From Amphiscolops sp. MND2022 (lineage: Eukaryota): a stretch of 64,000 bases of DNA. Of this stretch, positions 23,901-38,900 are shown piece by piece (positions within the stretch are counted from its first letter, which is position 1; every line of letters begins with the position of its first letter). The stretch spans positions 51,524,001-51,588,000 of the forward strand of contig OZ076409.1 of the NCBI GenBank assembly GCA_964187785.1, given 5' to 3'. The notes below the pieces were generated by a model. The model did not search any database, was not told where the DNA came from, and worked only from the letters and a program-made list of their open reading frames with translations. The position numbers were made by a program, and so were the translations under genes.

Positions 23901-26900
23901 CGTGATGTAGCTTCATCCAGGTTTGTCGATTCTGGAAATCCTGTGTTGCAATCAAAACATGGCAAAATTTTGAAACTCAATTCGAATCATCATTACACTG
24001 AAGGAGTGATCAATCATGTTTTCTTTTTGCCATCATGGCCTTTGCATGCGAATGACCTCCCGTTCTCGGTGGAAAAAAGTGTTTCTTCATCGTTTCTGCT
24101 GTGCATCGACAGCAATGACAATATTTTTCTCTTCCTTCTTCCGGGTCTCGAAATTCTTTATTTACAAACAAGTGAAAAGAAAAAACTTTTCGGTGATACT
24201 AAAATCAAAAGCGCTTCTTTTGAGTGGGGCAGTGATTGCTTGAGTGTCCTAACTGACGACGGCAAAGTTCATTTCATCGAATTACGTCAACTGGTTGGGG
24301 ACAGTGATGAGTCATCTTCTTTATGTGCCTTGGGACAAACTCCGGGGTCCTCGCAAGAAGCTGTAGTTTTAAATTCGAGCCAGCAGTCGAATGAAGCCGT
24401 CAGTTCTCAGAAAAAGTACGTGGGTAACAAATTTGATTACTTATTTGATCACAAAGGCCAAACTCCGGAATTAAACACAGCAACTTTAGACTGGATTAAC
24501 CAGATCAGTGAATGCGTGGCTCTAACTCCCCGCTATAACGTAACCGTGATACCTCCAGGATGGGTCGAAATTGAACAGGAGCAACAACAGCGAAAACTTT
24601 CAGAGCATTTACCACGCGGCGGAAGCTCTGCAATGCATACGAGAACATTCAGAATCAACAAAGACACGATGAATAAAGCGTTAATTGAATTGTCTTTGCC
24701 TTTCACCGTTGTGTTAGGCCATGTCGATTTGAAGATTCAGTTCAAAAAACCTCCACCCGCGGACCTCACTGCAGCGTTGTACAGACCTTGTACTGAGTAT
24801 TCCTCAAAAAGATCTGGCAAAGAAAAGACGCCGACTGAAAACGAAAAACTTGTTGGACCTGTCAATGTCAACATTTTTGCGTTTGGACACAACAATTGTT
24901 CTGTCAACGTTTCCTTGAGCGGTCCGAATTTGTATCTCACGAAGCACAGGGTTATTTTACTCGAACTTTTCTCATCGAATTCGTCTTTGGGCATGAACGA
25001 GGTGTCTATCACTCTCCGTCGAACGAAAAAACCACAAACACAACGAACAGTTGCCCAAATCAGAACCGTTTTACATGATCCAACGTTAGTTGGGAAGTTA
25101 CTAAAGGCTGTTAACAGTCCTGAAAGTGTCCTGCAAGTTGGTGACACTCGTGAGTTCTACATGAGTCACTCGACCATACGACATACAGCCCTTAATGTCT
25201 TGACTTGGTTGCTGTATACACACGCTGTGGATAATTCAAACAGTGAGGCGTCAAACCTGGCGACCTTCTATCTGGCATGTGCGTCGTCGGATCGTCTTGT
25301 GAAAGATCTCATCCAGACTTGCTTCATCAACGGAGATCGCAGTCTAGCTCATCTGTTTGCTAGATTTGTCTCAATGCTGCTCAGGTAAGTGAGTTTTTAT
25401 CAGCATTTTTTCGTCACCATGCAATATTTGGATTGAGAATTGCTCTACAGTTGAATCCGCCTAATTCGTGTTGCTGGGGACCAAATAAAATAATACGAAT
25501 AATGAGAAATACGAATTAACCGGATATTACTTTGGTCGTCGAGAAATGGGGGTCTCAGATACATATGAATTAAACGAAGATTCGAATTATCCGGATACGA
25601 ACCGGAGCTGACTGTTATTGCTTTTGATTTGTTACTATGAACAATTTCGGGTGATCATGAAATTTTTTTATTAATTTCATGCAATCTTGGCCACTTCCCA
25701 CGAATAAAATGTTTTCTAATCACCGTGTCTATCAGGGCTGTTACGGCTTTGAATTGCTAAAATAAGTTTTTAAATTGATTTACCGTATTAAAGACGAATT
25801 ATTCTGTTGAAACTCAAAATACACTACTTTACGTCTAAGAACCTTTTTCAGCCAGATTATTTGCAGTAGCTATTTTGTCATCCCTGAAAATATAGGTGTC
25901 ACAACAAGCCGGGAACGGGGAAGAAGTAAACAAAACAAAATAGCGAAAGAAATTGAACAACCGGAACATAGAAAAAAATGCTGGAGAGATTACCGCTTTA
26001 GTTAAATTTTATTATTAATGCATTAGTTTGTTGTTTGTTAGTGTTTGTTATTGTTTTTATTAATAATCACACTGCCTTTTTTAAGGAAACAAAATTCAGT
26101 GTTTTTTTTTAAGTCGGCGGCATATCTAAGGCTCAAAAATAGCACAAGGAATTCAAAGTGTCAAGTATTATCTTCTACAGTACCCGAAAAACATAAAAGT
26201 TAGACCGAATTGGCGTGCTAAAAGGAGGGACCCTTTCGGATTTTTCAACATCTATTATGTTGCAAAATATTTTAAAAATTGAAGGGGGCCCTTTAGTCTC
26301 GCCCGGTATTGTGTTACGCTGAAAAACAGGAACAACTTTTTTGGTCAAGTTCCTTGGGCCAAATGGTCCAATTTGACACCTTAAAATTTCGTAGAACTTT
26401 GTAGAACTGTTTTAGTCAGTTCATGTGGATTGAAAAAAGCCACCAGTATAGTCGCGTTTCACTTCATGAAGCGCCGACTAAAAATTAGGTCTTTTCCACA
26501 ATTATTGAGAAAACTCTCGTCAGTTCCGCACGACCAAAAAGTAACACTTTGACTCGGAAGTGCCGACTAAAAATGAGATAGGTAGGCAATTATCATCGAA
26601 AATTTTCATTATTATTTTCCGACCCCACATTTTATAAATGGGGGAGGAAAATCATGATCTGTGACGCGTTTTTTTTTTCAAATTTTGCCAAATCTCCACA
26701 ACCCCCTTTTGATTACTTGACTATTTTATATAGCTATTAGTAACTAAAATAGTCAAGTAACCAAAATAGCATACAGCGGGAATAATATCTAAAGTCAAAA
26801 AAGGAATAAGATCTAAAGAGAATAAGATCTAAAATTTCAGGGCGGGAATAAGATCTAAAAGGAATAAGATCTAAAATCATTAAATTTAAAATCACTGATT

Positions 26901-29900
26901 TAAAAAACGAACAATTCGGAGTAAACTGAAAATTCGTGTTTTTTTCGTGTTCTAGCTCAGATTTTCGCTCTTTTGTAAAAGCCTGTATTTTCTTCCTGTT
27001 GGAATTTAACATCCAATGTGTTTGTGTAGGTTCAAATCGATGAGAGCCGAATCGCATAAACTTCACTCTGACATGAGGAAAGCACTGATTGAACTTCTGC
27101 CCTCCAGTGTACTGTGCTCTTCACAAGGTGGAATGTACTGGTTCCATCTAGTCTTTCACGCTGTAGTGGTCCAAGGAGACTCAGAACAACCTTCGGAGCT
27201 TTTAATTTCTAACGTGACAGACACCGAATTTTCGTCTGCAAGTTTTAGCGGGGTCTTTGATTCTTGTCTTCGTCTTTTGGAATACTTAACAAACTGCAAT
27301 GAAGTTTCCCAAGATGTGTTCATCAAAACTCTACAGAGCAAGTTCCGTGTATTCTGCAATCCCTTCGAACAAAGAATCTTCACATTCCCGATCCAGACAA
27401 TTGCGCCCAATGTGATGAAGAAATCAAACAATAACAACCCAGGAGCTATAAACCAGACTGTGAATAAGTGGCTCATGCCACCTATTCCAATACCAGAGAA
27501 TGCGAATGCAAATAAAACCGCTGAAACTCTCCACATGATGTTCACTGCTCGAAGACGGTTATCAATCACCGATGAAGCTTCTCTTGGCGATGACATGTTG
27601 AACAAATCATTTGTTGATCTCTTTGTTCCATTCAGCGCCAACAGTTTTACCATGGAAAACCAGTTAATTGGATTCTTAGAAGCAGAACCTCTCCGTTTCA
27701 CGTGTCACGAAAGCAGCGATGGTGTAAAACTCCATGAAATGAGCCCAAATGTGGAATCGGGTAATCATTCCCAGACCTTGACCACAGAATATGATGACAT
27801 TTTGAATGAGCCTGGAATGTCTCCAACCTTAGTGCAACTCATCAACTTGGCCACAAATCCATCAAATCAACCAGGACTGTCGGCTCAAAGCCATGGCATG
27901 TTGTACCCCGCCAATCCTCCCACGAACGATTACCTCAGTAACCTGAAAAACACGAATCCATATTCATATTACACAGCCCACAAGGTGGGCAAAAGTTACG
28001 CTGATGCCGCGAAGTCACAGTCCAGCAGCTCCATGCAAACAAGAAGCAATGCCCCTATGAGTGACGCTATAGTGGGCTCCATTGGAGGATCATTGACTCA
28101 CACTCCCCAGCCGCAGTATATGCTCATTGACAATCTACTGGCCGGTAAATGTCGATTTCAGTATTTTAAACTTCAACGTATGTTTCCCGCGTTAGGTAAA
28201 CAAAGTGAAGCTCGCTATCAATGACTGCTTGTTCATTAATAATGAAATTTTTTGATTTTGGGGATCACTGGAGTTTTTTCTTCAATTTTGAAAGTTATTT
28301 TTACGTAGATAATTAAAACACGGGCAGCCTTTTCCGTACCAGACGCTCATAACCCAATGCTGTCTCGTAGCCTAACTCACTTTCCAGCTATGGTAGACAT
28401 TTTTGTTGACATAAAGCTAACGAATGCTCACTAATTAATCGTTCGCTGAGAGCTCCGCCTGCATTCAAAAAAGAATGCAAAAGGTCATCCTCTCTTACTT
28501 AGTTGCTTCTTTTGTTCAAGTAACAAAGCGTTTAGCCAAAGATTTGGATGCTTTCAGTCGAGTCTACTAAGTTTGCATTTTTGCAAAATTCAAAAATAAA
28601 ATTTTCAAATCTGTTCTTGTAAACGGTGTATTTTTTGCCAATATATTTGCAGTTACTGAAGTGATCCCCGAATGCGCCGATTTTTTGTAAACACTTCGTC
28701 CTATTCACCCTGATGTTTTTGAGCAGTAAGGAACAGAAGTCGGTTCAAGAACTCCACAAGTTTCGCTGGGCTGCGGATGCCCATCTTTACTGAATGAAAT
28801 GGAAGTCAAGAGTAACGCAGTCTTTTTCATGACAAATATCTTGTGAAAAAATCATACTACTAAAAAAAGTTGTGTTCCTATTGTTCGATTTGCAAATGCG
28901 CCGAGGAATGCCTTGTTATTATCGCGTATCACAGCGTGATTAATTTTTTGCAGGTGGTCGAAAGTATGTGGTGATAGACTTCGGGCGAACTGTGATGTTG
29001 ACCGATGTGTACTTGGGTCCTTGCTATGATCTTGCTTCAATTACTCTGGATTGCTGGATCAAAGGAGAAGCCATCGATTCTCTGCGAGTCACTACATCTT
29101 TGGACGTTGCTTCAGAACCCTTAGTTTTAACAGATATCCAGCCACCATTGTTCTGCAGATACCTAAAAATCAAAGTAATTGGGAGATATGGAATGCCGAC
29201 CCATGGCCAATCAAAGGTCTTGCTGCCCATCAACACTTTTTATGGTCATTCTTTGGACTACGAATACGAAACAATTTCTCGGGACAGCAAGTTCAGATGC
29301 ATTGGGGAATTGCAAGAAAAGCATTTGAAAACATTGTCTATCATTCATGAAGATTTACTTTGTCGGTACAGTCTGGCTGCGAATCATTTGAAGTCTTTGC
29401 TCAAATCTCACTCTGTTTCGCTAGCTTCTAACAGTGCTGAAGAAAAACGCTTTGTAGCTGATGTGTGCTCGAATTGCCGGGTTCTTCAAAGGCAATTGAA
29501 TGTTGTTTCCAGAGTAATTGAGCGCATCAAAGCACAGTATGTTGCCAATGAGCCTTTTACAGTCAATTCTTTGAGTCAAAAAGAGGAAGACCCGGAAACC
29601 CCTAGTCTTTCTGCAGCCAATTCAACCCAGATTTCTCACTCCACGAGGTTTATACTGATCTGCATGCTGGAAATTGCACGCCAGAACCAAGCATCAATGG
29701 TTATCCAGACGAGCAGTTGCTCTATTACTGAAGAACAATGTCGATACTTTTTTGGTGAAATTTGTATCAAGGGTCTCCCCAATAACGGGGTTCTGGCTCT
29801 CACAGTTCTCCACGCCGTGTGCCATTCCCAAAGCTGGTGGCCTAACTTTCTATCTTCTTCGTTTTTGCAATACTTCCAGGAATCAACTAGCCCAGAAATG

Positions 29901-32900
29901 TTGCTTCACATTGTCAAAGTGTTTCTCACTTTACTGTATCTTGCGAAACAAGACGGGCTGATTAATCACGTTATGATGAGTTTTATGTCTTTGCTTCTGA
30001 ATGGAACTGCACATTCAAACAGGCCCATAGTTCCGCCTGTTAACAATGCTCTGCTAACTTCGGAAACCAATGAAGCTCATATGACTTCTTCGTCAATTAA
30101 CGATATACCAACCTCAACTCCAAATTGCAATTGGTCTCAGCTCTCAGCCATTTTGATGATCATGTCTCAAGCTATGAGTGACTGTCCCACGGTGCCCAGG
30201 AAATTATCGTCCTCAAAATCATCAAACAGTTTTGCTAAAGATCTGCCAAGTCGATGGGATTTCTTTCCCAGTATTTTGAAAGCTGATTTCCTTGCGGATA
30301 AATTAAACACGGTCCCTCAGGATAAAGGACGAATGGGCTCCAGCTCCAAGAAAGACAAAAGAAGCAAATGTGCTGCCGCGTATGGAATGGCAAGAGCTAC
30401 GGCTATGAAAAAGTCAAGTGTTTGTGGAAGTAAGGACAAACCAGGAACTTTCTCTGGTCGAAGCGAAAATGAAAAGGTTAGGAGGTGATAGTTCAAATGT
30501 GCTCTAGTGCGATTCATTATTAGTATTGACTGATTCTAACAGACCATTTGGCAAGGCAATCTTCCGTTGAGCTCCACTGCAACGGAAATCTCACTCGTTC
30601 TGTAGATTAGGACTGATATTCTTCTGAATATCATTCAAAGTGGAAGAAGTATCCGATTTGGAAAAAGTATGGATGAAAAACTACTCATGGTTAACATGCT
30701 CTCTGTCTCTTCTTTAATACAATAAGACGTTACTATCTTGAAATTTATAGAGATTTGAGTTTTTCAACTGTTTCAATGCTGCACTTTTTCCTTTTTAGGA
30801 GTCGGAAAAAATTTTCGGCTACCTATGTACTCGTACTTTTTTCTCCAGACCTTTCAATGAAAATTTCAATTTTCTCAAAAATCTGTACATACGATTTTTA
30901 TGAAATTTAGCGCAGTCGTACTACACCCAAAGGTACTCCTGCGTGCGCAATAGCATCAAAATCGTATGACTGGGATCTGAGAAGCATAGCCAAAATTAGA
31001 ACAAAAATGACCAAATGACAATAAAATAGGTATTTTGTTTTTCAATATTTCAATTCGTTTCCGACTGTTTTACCGCACATGCGGCTCTGGTTTCAAAACC
31101 AATGTGTTCGGGTCTAATAGTTTCTATTTTCATAGGAAAAACATATGGGAGTGAAGAAGAGATGCGATGTGCAACTTCCTGTTGTCATTACCCATGAACT
31201 GATCACACGATTATTGTGTATCCTTCCCGAGGTTATCCGATCTCATTCCAGCGATCTTGTTGTCTTACTATGTAGACAAATTTCTCTGTTGGTTCTGGCA
31301 TGTGACACCAAGCCCGATTCGCCTCCCATTTCACTGGCCCAGTTGTTCCCTGGCAATTTGTTATCCCAAATTCTACTGAATGCCTTTGTTGTCACGTCTA
31401 ATCAGCTGACCACTTATGCAGTACAAAGTCTCCTTTCAGACCTGATTGAAGGTTGGAATGAAAATATAATTGTTTTAAAATCAATTCTGATTATAGAATA
31501 AATTATAGTAAAAGTTATAGATCAGATAACTTTCACTTAGGACGCGCAATGACCCTGTGATATATTCCATTCTCCTTACGAAATGCTCAAACACTACAAG
31601 ATCCTCGGAAAATCAAGAAGTTAATCCAAGAATCAATTTTCATTTCAAATGACTTACCATCATGTTCGTGAAATGAAACGTTTTGAATATTTTTATCTGG
31701 TATTATCAAGAAGCTATTAATTCCAAAAGGGTCGATTGGTTGTCATATTTTCTTTTTTTTTGTGTCAGGTGGAATATTTTTGAAAAGTTGGCAGTGGTAG
31801 TTATTCTGGCCGCTAAATGTCGACACACGTCCTACTCGAAGAAAAGGAGCTGAATTGTCTTTTTTTGACAGAAATGAGAATCATTTATTCAACTGTTTAA
31901 TCGTTTGTTGAGACCTTAGACTGTATCTGAAATATCCTTTCTTGCTACTTTTTGTTCAAAGGCAGGGCTTGATTTTCTTTATCATAACAAAGATTATACT
32001 CTTAGATTTAGATGCTTGCAGTGAAACTTACTAGGCTTACACTTCTTTTGCAAAATTGAAATATTGTTCTGTGTATTAATTCGGGAAATCAGTCTGAGTT
32101 TGAAAGTTTTTATGAACAGATTTTATCTGGAAAAGTTTTTGGAAATGACATCGTTTTTAGTTGGCGCATTTTCTTTTAAAGGAAAAATGCCCGACTCTGA
32201 CAGTGATCTTTTTATTCGGCTCTTTATCCTTTTAAGGAAAAATGCCCGACTCTGACAGTGATCTTTTTATTCGGCTCTTTATCCTTTTAAGGAAAAATGC
32301 CCGACTATAGCAGTGACCTTTTTTTCAGACTACAATCCTCACACTGATCGGTCCACTTTTTAGAAACAATCCTGAAACCAACTAAGGCCAAGTCCGGCCC
32401 AGGCAAACTTGCAAACTTAGTCCAAAGGTTCCCCCTTTCATTTTTTACTTTTTCAAGGAAACATACACGTCCGGACGTGCCTAAAGGATCCCCCTTTGAA
32501 TTTTTTTCGGCACTATGCGACTTTTTTTTCCAAAATTTTTTGTCTCCAAAGGGTCCCCCTTTTCATTTTTTTTACTTTTTTAACGTAACCTACAATACCG
32601 GATGTGCCTCAAGGGTCCCCCCTTTGGATTTCTTCGGTACTGTGCGACTTTTTTTGAAAATTTTTTAATATCTCCAAAGTGTCCCCCTCGAGTTTTTTGA
32701 TATTTTGCAACAGAATAAATGTTAATAAATCCCAAAGAGTCCCCCTTCAACATTTTTCGGCACTATGCGACATTTTCTGAAAGAAAATTTTTTTCAAGTT
32801 TTTTTTGTTCTCAGTTGAGGAAAAATGGTTTCCGATTTTTATCGGGCATGAAAAGCACACTTTGGGTGTCTCGAAACTGTTTTCTGAGCTTTTCATAAAC

Positions 32901-35900
32901 ACGTCCTGGGCATGTTTTAAAAACTGCGCTTTTGGAGCCTTAGATATAGCGCCGATTTTAGACGTTCTCGTCTTGGTGAAATAAGTTAGGACTTATTGCA
33001 GTTGCCAGGTTCTTACTGAGCCCTGCATAGGCCGATTGTTTTCTTAATATGTAGTGATGGCTTATTTCTAACAGGCGTTTTGTTTTTAGGCGTTTTCGAA
33101 GAGTTGGCTAGTTTTTTGTCTGATCAACGGTAATTCGTTTTTCATTTTTCATAAAAACAACATTTAAATCCGTTTCCACCAAGTGTAAAATATCTTGAAT
33201 TTCATGCCAAATCTTGAGTTTTCCTGCCAATTCCCGTTACCTCTTGAAACTCTTGATAAGATCTTGAATTATCTTGGACCGTTAAAAGTCTTGAAATTCT
33301 TGACAAGATTCCTATCAAGAAATCTGGGAGGTGAAAACTGCATTTTGCAAGGCTGTGATAATTTATGCTTTTCATCAAACACCAACCAGGAGCGTTCGTA
33401 TGGAACGAATTTTGTTTATTAAAAAAATCCAGCGGAAATATGGAACAAGCCGGGAACGGCCTAAGTCGGCGCCATATCTAAGGCTCAAAAATAACAAAAG
33501 GACTTCAAAGTGTCAAGTATTCTCTTCTACAGTACCCGTTCGAAGAAAAATTGAAAAAAAAAATCCGATTTTTTTTGAAATTTTTTAATTTTTTGGTCTC
33601 CCGTAAGTCGCATAGTCCCGAAACATGTAAAATGGGGCCCTTTGGAAGTTTTTTAACATCATTCTTTTGCAAAATAGACAAAAAAATGAAGGGTGGACTC
33701 TTTGGAGATATTTGCGAAAAAAGTCTCACAAAGCCGAAAAAAAATTGCACAAAAAAATTTTGGTCATGGCGGGACTCGAACCCATGTCATTCTGCTTGTC
33801 AGACCTCGAAAAAGCCGTAGTGGCCAATTGGCAGTGAAGTAGTGTGACACAGTTTAGTGTTAGTGCCGGTTTAGTGCCAACTTATAAAGTTTATAAAATC
33901 TGTCAGTTCGTTGGTCTTAAAAAAAGTCACTACTATAGTATGCGTTTTTCTTCGAAAAGCGCCGACTAAAAACATCCAATACGAAATCAGGGAAATTCTC
34001 CAAAAGTATTTGAAAGCCAACATGTTGAATCAGATTCATAACGTAATAATTATAAAAAACAAATTTTGGTACGAATTGGCATATCGTCTTTATAGACGGG
34101 GAGGGGAACTATAGTATACTAAAACAGTATAGTATACAGTTTACTAATTTCAGTTCACTAATTCTCAATTTTAGTGGTGTTTAAGAGTATTACTTTTATC
34201 AAAATGAATGAAAGTTAAGGTTTTTTTGCGTTTTCATCCATGATCATCCATTAATTTTTTTAAACCTCTTGCTTTTTCCCGCATCGTCTTGGGTTTTCCC
34301 GGATTTCTTGTCAAGATTCTTGGCATTTCTTGAATTTTCTTGGGTTTCTCGACAAGATTCTTGGTACTTCTTGGTTTTTCCTGAGAAGCTTTTTTTAACC
34401 TAAAACACTTTGTGTATTTTTTCGGTCGAACAAATTAGGCATTTTTCTTGAAGCTCTTGGCAAGATCTTGCAAGATCGTACATATTCTTGGCTCTCTTGG
34501 TAAGTATCTTGGCAAGTTTTATACTGGGCGACTCTTTCACTGCACATGCGGATCTGGTTTTCAAAGGTAAGTTCCCATATCTCGCCTTAAATCAATATGA
34601 ATATTTTATGACCACTTCTTAGTTTTTAAACTTTTCATTTGATTTAGCGTTTTTTTTCAGCCGAAGTCAGGGATGTATTGACAAACAGAACAACTGAGAT
34701 ATCAGCCGACAGCTGCTCGATGGAACATGAAATAGACAGCGATCGACTGTACCGAAGAAAAGATATGACAGGCTCTAGACAACTTATTCAAGTCAACAAA
34801 AAACAGTCGACTAATCAGCAGACTGAAGAATCTGATCTACCTAGCACAAGTTCAGGTAGCCTCGGCTCCGCAATTAGCTATATGGGTCCCACGAAGTGTC
34901 CTCTTTCGACACCTTTAGCCCCTTTGCATGAAGATTTCACAATGGAAATGATGGCGACTGATATGCAAGAATTGTTCCCGTCTAGCAACCCAGTTGCATT
35001 CGTCACGTCTGGAATTAGTCTAGAAAGTCTGCTCTCCGATGAAACTGCAGCACTGGACTGCAAATCAGACGAAGTTATTCAGGAGTTGTTGAAAATGGAC
35101 AATTTGTACAGCCCTGTTTTTGGACAGTCTCAGCATTATGTGAAGAAAGGCTGTGCCATTGGAAAGCCAAAAGGCGATGAAGTTGGGCCCAAGGAACAAG
35201 GCAACGGCGAAAGGTCCGGAGATTGCTTGGACGTAAGACTGGAATCTGGAATTCTGCATCATTCCGAACGCTGGCTCAACCAACTTCAAGCCTCTTTCTC
35301 GAAGTGTGTACATAAAAACTTGGCTTGTTTGAATTTTAGTTCCAATGTCAACAATTCTGAGAGAAAATTGTCTTCTCAAGCAATGCCTACTGAAGTTGAG
35401 TTCCAAAAATCGAATGTCACTCGAGCTACCATCACCTTCGAAGATACCAAAAAATTGTTACAAGCTGTTTTCAATGACCTCCTTTCTCCACGAAATCTCC
35501 CGTATTTAGATTTGAAAGAACTTTTGTTGTGTTGGTACCGAGTGAACTCTGTCAGAAGAATGAATTCTGACGGATTTCATGAAATGCGTGAACCAATGCA
35601 AATGATCATCGGCATGAGTTCGGACAACATGGCTCAAATATTCAACAAACTCACTGTCGAAAGTATTTCTGATTCGGTTGTGTGGAATTTGTTGTTCCAG
35701 TGTCTCATAATGTATGCATCATCGTCTGTAAATTATGGCATGACAACTGAAAACAGAGTGCAGCAGTCGGCACCTAGTATTCTCATCCGAAACTTGATCC
35801 ATTACCCAGTCCTCGACACTTTCCTCTCTGGGAGCTGGAGTCCCGGTGGAATCCGTAGTGAACAATGCCGAGGTCCTGGAGTTACCGAAACGTTTGGACT

Positions 35901-38900
35901 GTTTTTGGAAGAATTAACCGGCAGAAACGAAGATAAGCATCTATTGGACCAACTTTTGATGAAGCTGTTGAAGTCATTGTGTGAGTTCAGTGGAGCTATA
36001 AAGCAAGGGTACGGTCCAGTCGATTGTCAGATAGAACTGGCGAGTACAATGTTCAACTCATCTTGTCAAACTCACGACCCGAAACTAATTTGTTCGCTTG
36101 TCAACGTTATTTGCAAATTGGGTTATGACTACATTTCCAGTTACAAGACTTCTGTTACTATGACAGCCCAATCAAATGCATCGAAATTTGTGAATTATCC
36201 TCCGAATGTATGTATAACTGCTTTCGAATCTCAAGAAAATAAATTAGCCGGGGTGAAAAAGTTAGCAGCAGACCAAAATGGGAGAGAGACCTTGCTGAAA
36301 CATTTGTTTAAATTAGCCCAGAAGTTAGTTTCCAGCAAAGTAAATCCTAGTCAGTTGTCAAATATATCCGGCGACTCAACAGTGGCTGACTTCATAATCT
36401 GTGATGATCAGTTACCGGTTGTGAACACTCTCCTGATCACGCTGAGTAGTTGTTCGTTACCTTGTGCTCCTGAGCAATTGGCTGGAGGAGGAGGAAGCTC
36501 TTTCATGCAGATCGATTCCTGGCTGGAAGAATTTAGAACCAATGAGGCGGATTTTGAAGAAAAAACTTTGGGTACGTCTGTTTGTTTTTGTCACGGTTAC
36601 TAGCTTAAATAATGCTGGATTTTGTTTGGGTCAATAATATATGTCCCTTTGGTCACTTGTGACAATGTTGAATACTTTTTAAACCCTGGTTTCCCTAAAA
36701 CTCAATACTTTCTGGAATTTTAAAATTTTCCCAGAAAAGTGTATCCGTCACCAAAGGATGCCTCGATGGTATTTTTTGCCCTGCTGTTTGACCTTTTCGT
36801 TTTTCAGGTGACCACATTCTGAAATTATTGTTTTGCATTGAGAACCATGCACATGAAAGAAAAGTGTTGCATCAAAGACTGGTGCATTCTCTCAATTCTT
36901 CGGTGGCTTTCCCCTCCACTCTCTCTCAGCCTGTTCTCTTCTTTCTTCTCTACCTCCTCAAGAGTTTTGAAGAGGTCCACATGTTCGCTAGTGTTGGTAA
37001 GTACGATTCATGGCGAAACTTTTGTATTCTTTTCAAATGACTAGACTAATTTGGTCATCAATGAAATCACAGAGGTGATTTTTTGTTTGTCCATAGATTC
37101 TTCTGCTTTATGCGATTTTATAGGTAGTCTCTAACATCAGTAAAATGTTTCCTCAAACTTTTACGGCTAGGCTACCCTTATGCTTAAAAAATTGTCGTGT
37201 TTAGTAACTTGATTCCAGCACACAATTATAGTTTCATGACCCGATTTAGTTTTTGTGCGATCCTCACTCGAGTGAAATCCAATAATTTTTTTATCAAGGT
37301 GGAGTCCAAGTGTTGGTGAACAAAATAGTGCGAAATTCAGAGACAGGGCCTGGCTTCAACTTCTCCATGCAGCCGCTTCATGTTCTCCAAAAGCTAACTC
37401 AATGTTTCGAAATCGACGTGCTTGATCTCGACCTGACTGATATGCCCAAAAATATTGGACCGAAAGGTTTGTTCGTTCAATAATCGAGTTTAGATGGCTG
37501 TCTTGCTATAATGTGTTTTGGCTTTCTGTACTTAAACAATGTAGAACGAAAAACTTTCCGTGAGCGAAGCAAACCGGAACTATTTACATTATTTATTCTA
37601 AGGTACTAAAACGTTAAACTTAGTTCCCTGTCGATAAATCCCAAAGCAAATTCAGTGACTTCGTGGATTATCCATTCTTTGAAAAAAATTGAGCACTCCC
37701 GGTTAATTGGTCTGTAGTTTTGAAATCCGAGATCCTGTGGCTTCTGTAGAATTTAAGCACACCCTAATGATGAATTCGACAGGATGCAAGAATTAAAAGT
37801 TGATACTTTTCAAAAAATGATGTTTTGAACTTTCACTTCATAAAGCAAGAAAATGCAGATCACTTTTTTCCAATGCTGAATTTGCATGTTATGTTTCAGC
37901 TTCCATTTCGTGTTCGAGCGACCCAACTGCGCAGTTGCCAGATGTTCTTCTGCAAGAGAACCCTCCTCATAAAAGAGCAAGAGCAGCTGCATGGACTTAC
38001 CATTTCCCAGCTAATGATGTGCCTGGCTACTGCTCTCTCTCCATCACTCTACCCCACCTCTCAGTTCTGCATTACGTAGAAGTGAGGGTACAAGTGCCTG
38101 CTATGGGAGTCAGTCATAGTTAGTACATTTAAACCTTTCTAATTGCGTTTCTAAAAGTACAACTAATCAACGCTATAACAGTTGAGGAATTTCTGGAAGG
38201 TTCCTTTGTCCGGCGTCCTGGGACAGTTTCCGTGATAGAGCCGTTAGCCACATCCGGAAACTTCAAAAATCCGGGAGTATACCCGGTACTAAGATTTTAC
38301 CCCTCAACATTTCAAGAAATTTTAGTGATATTTCATGACCTCAAGTTTGCTTGTTTGTGGCATTTTGAATGACGTTCATGATGAAAATGTATTTGCATTG
38401 CAAATTCATTTTAGATATGCCATCATCGATAAGCATGGACATAGTTCCTTCTCGTAACCGACTGGCCGAACCCGCCAGTTGTTCCACTCCACCCTTGATC
38501 ATTGGGAGGGCAGCTGGGGGCAACAGCTCCTTCATCCAACTTCGACCCCATGAGCCGCAATTGTGTGGAAGTTTGTTGCTCAGAATCTACCACCCGCCTG
38601 ATGCAAACAGCATCGGACTCAGTCACATCGCCATTTACGCAAAACCTGTGTTGTCTGATTTATCTCAAGCTCGAGGATTTGCTGATCATTTGATTACAAG
38701 GTGAGAAGAATCATTTAGAATCTCAAGAAATGGTATTTAGAAAATTTTGCTAGTTTCCTCTGACTGACTTTCCTAACGTCAAGAAACGTTAGGTTAAATA
38801 TTTTGGTGTTTATATATGCGACGAAATCACCGAGTAAAGAGACGGTTTTGTGAAATGAATTGGAAAGAATAAATTTAAAGCCTATTTTGAGTCTAGAGTT

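Noticed and set aside
33230..34530. Possible further transposon with tcttg-caaga repeats ending in ctggg
   Set aside because: Could not find a matching left terminus or TSD
37603..37629. Possible BIRC6 micro-exon GTKTLNLVP
   Set aside because: Plausible but the donor site is weak and flanking exons join in phase without it
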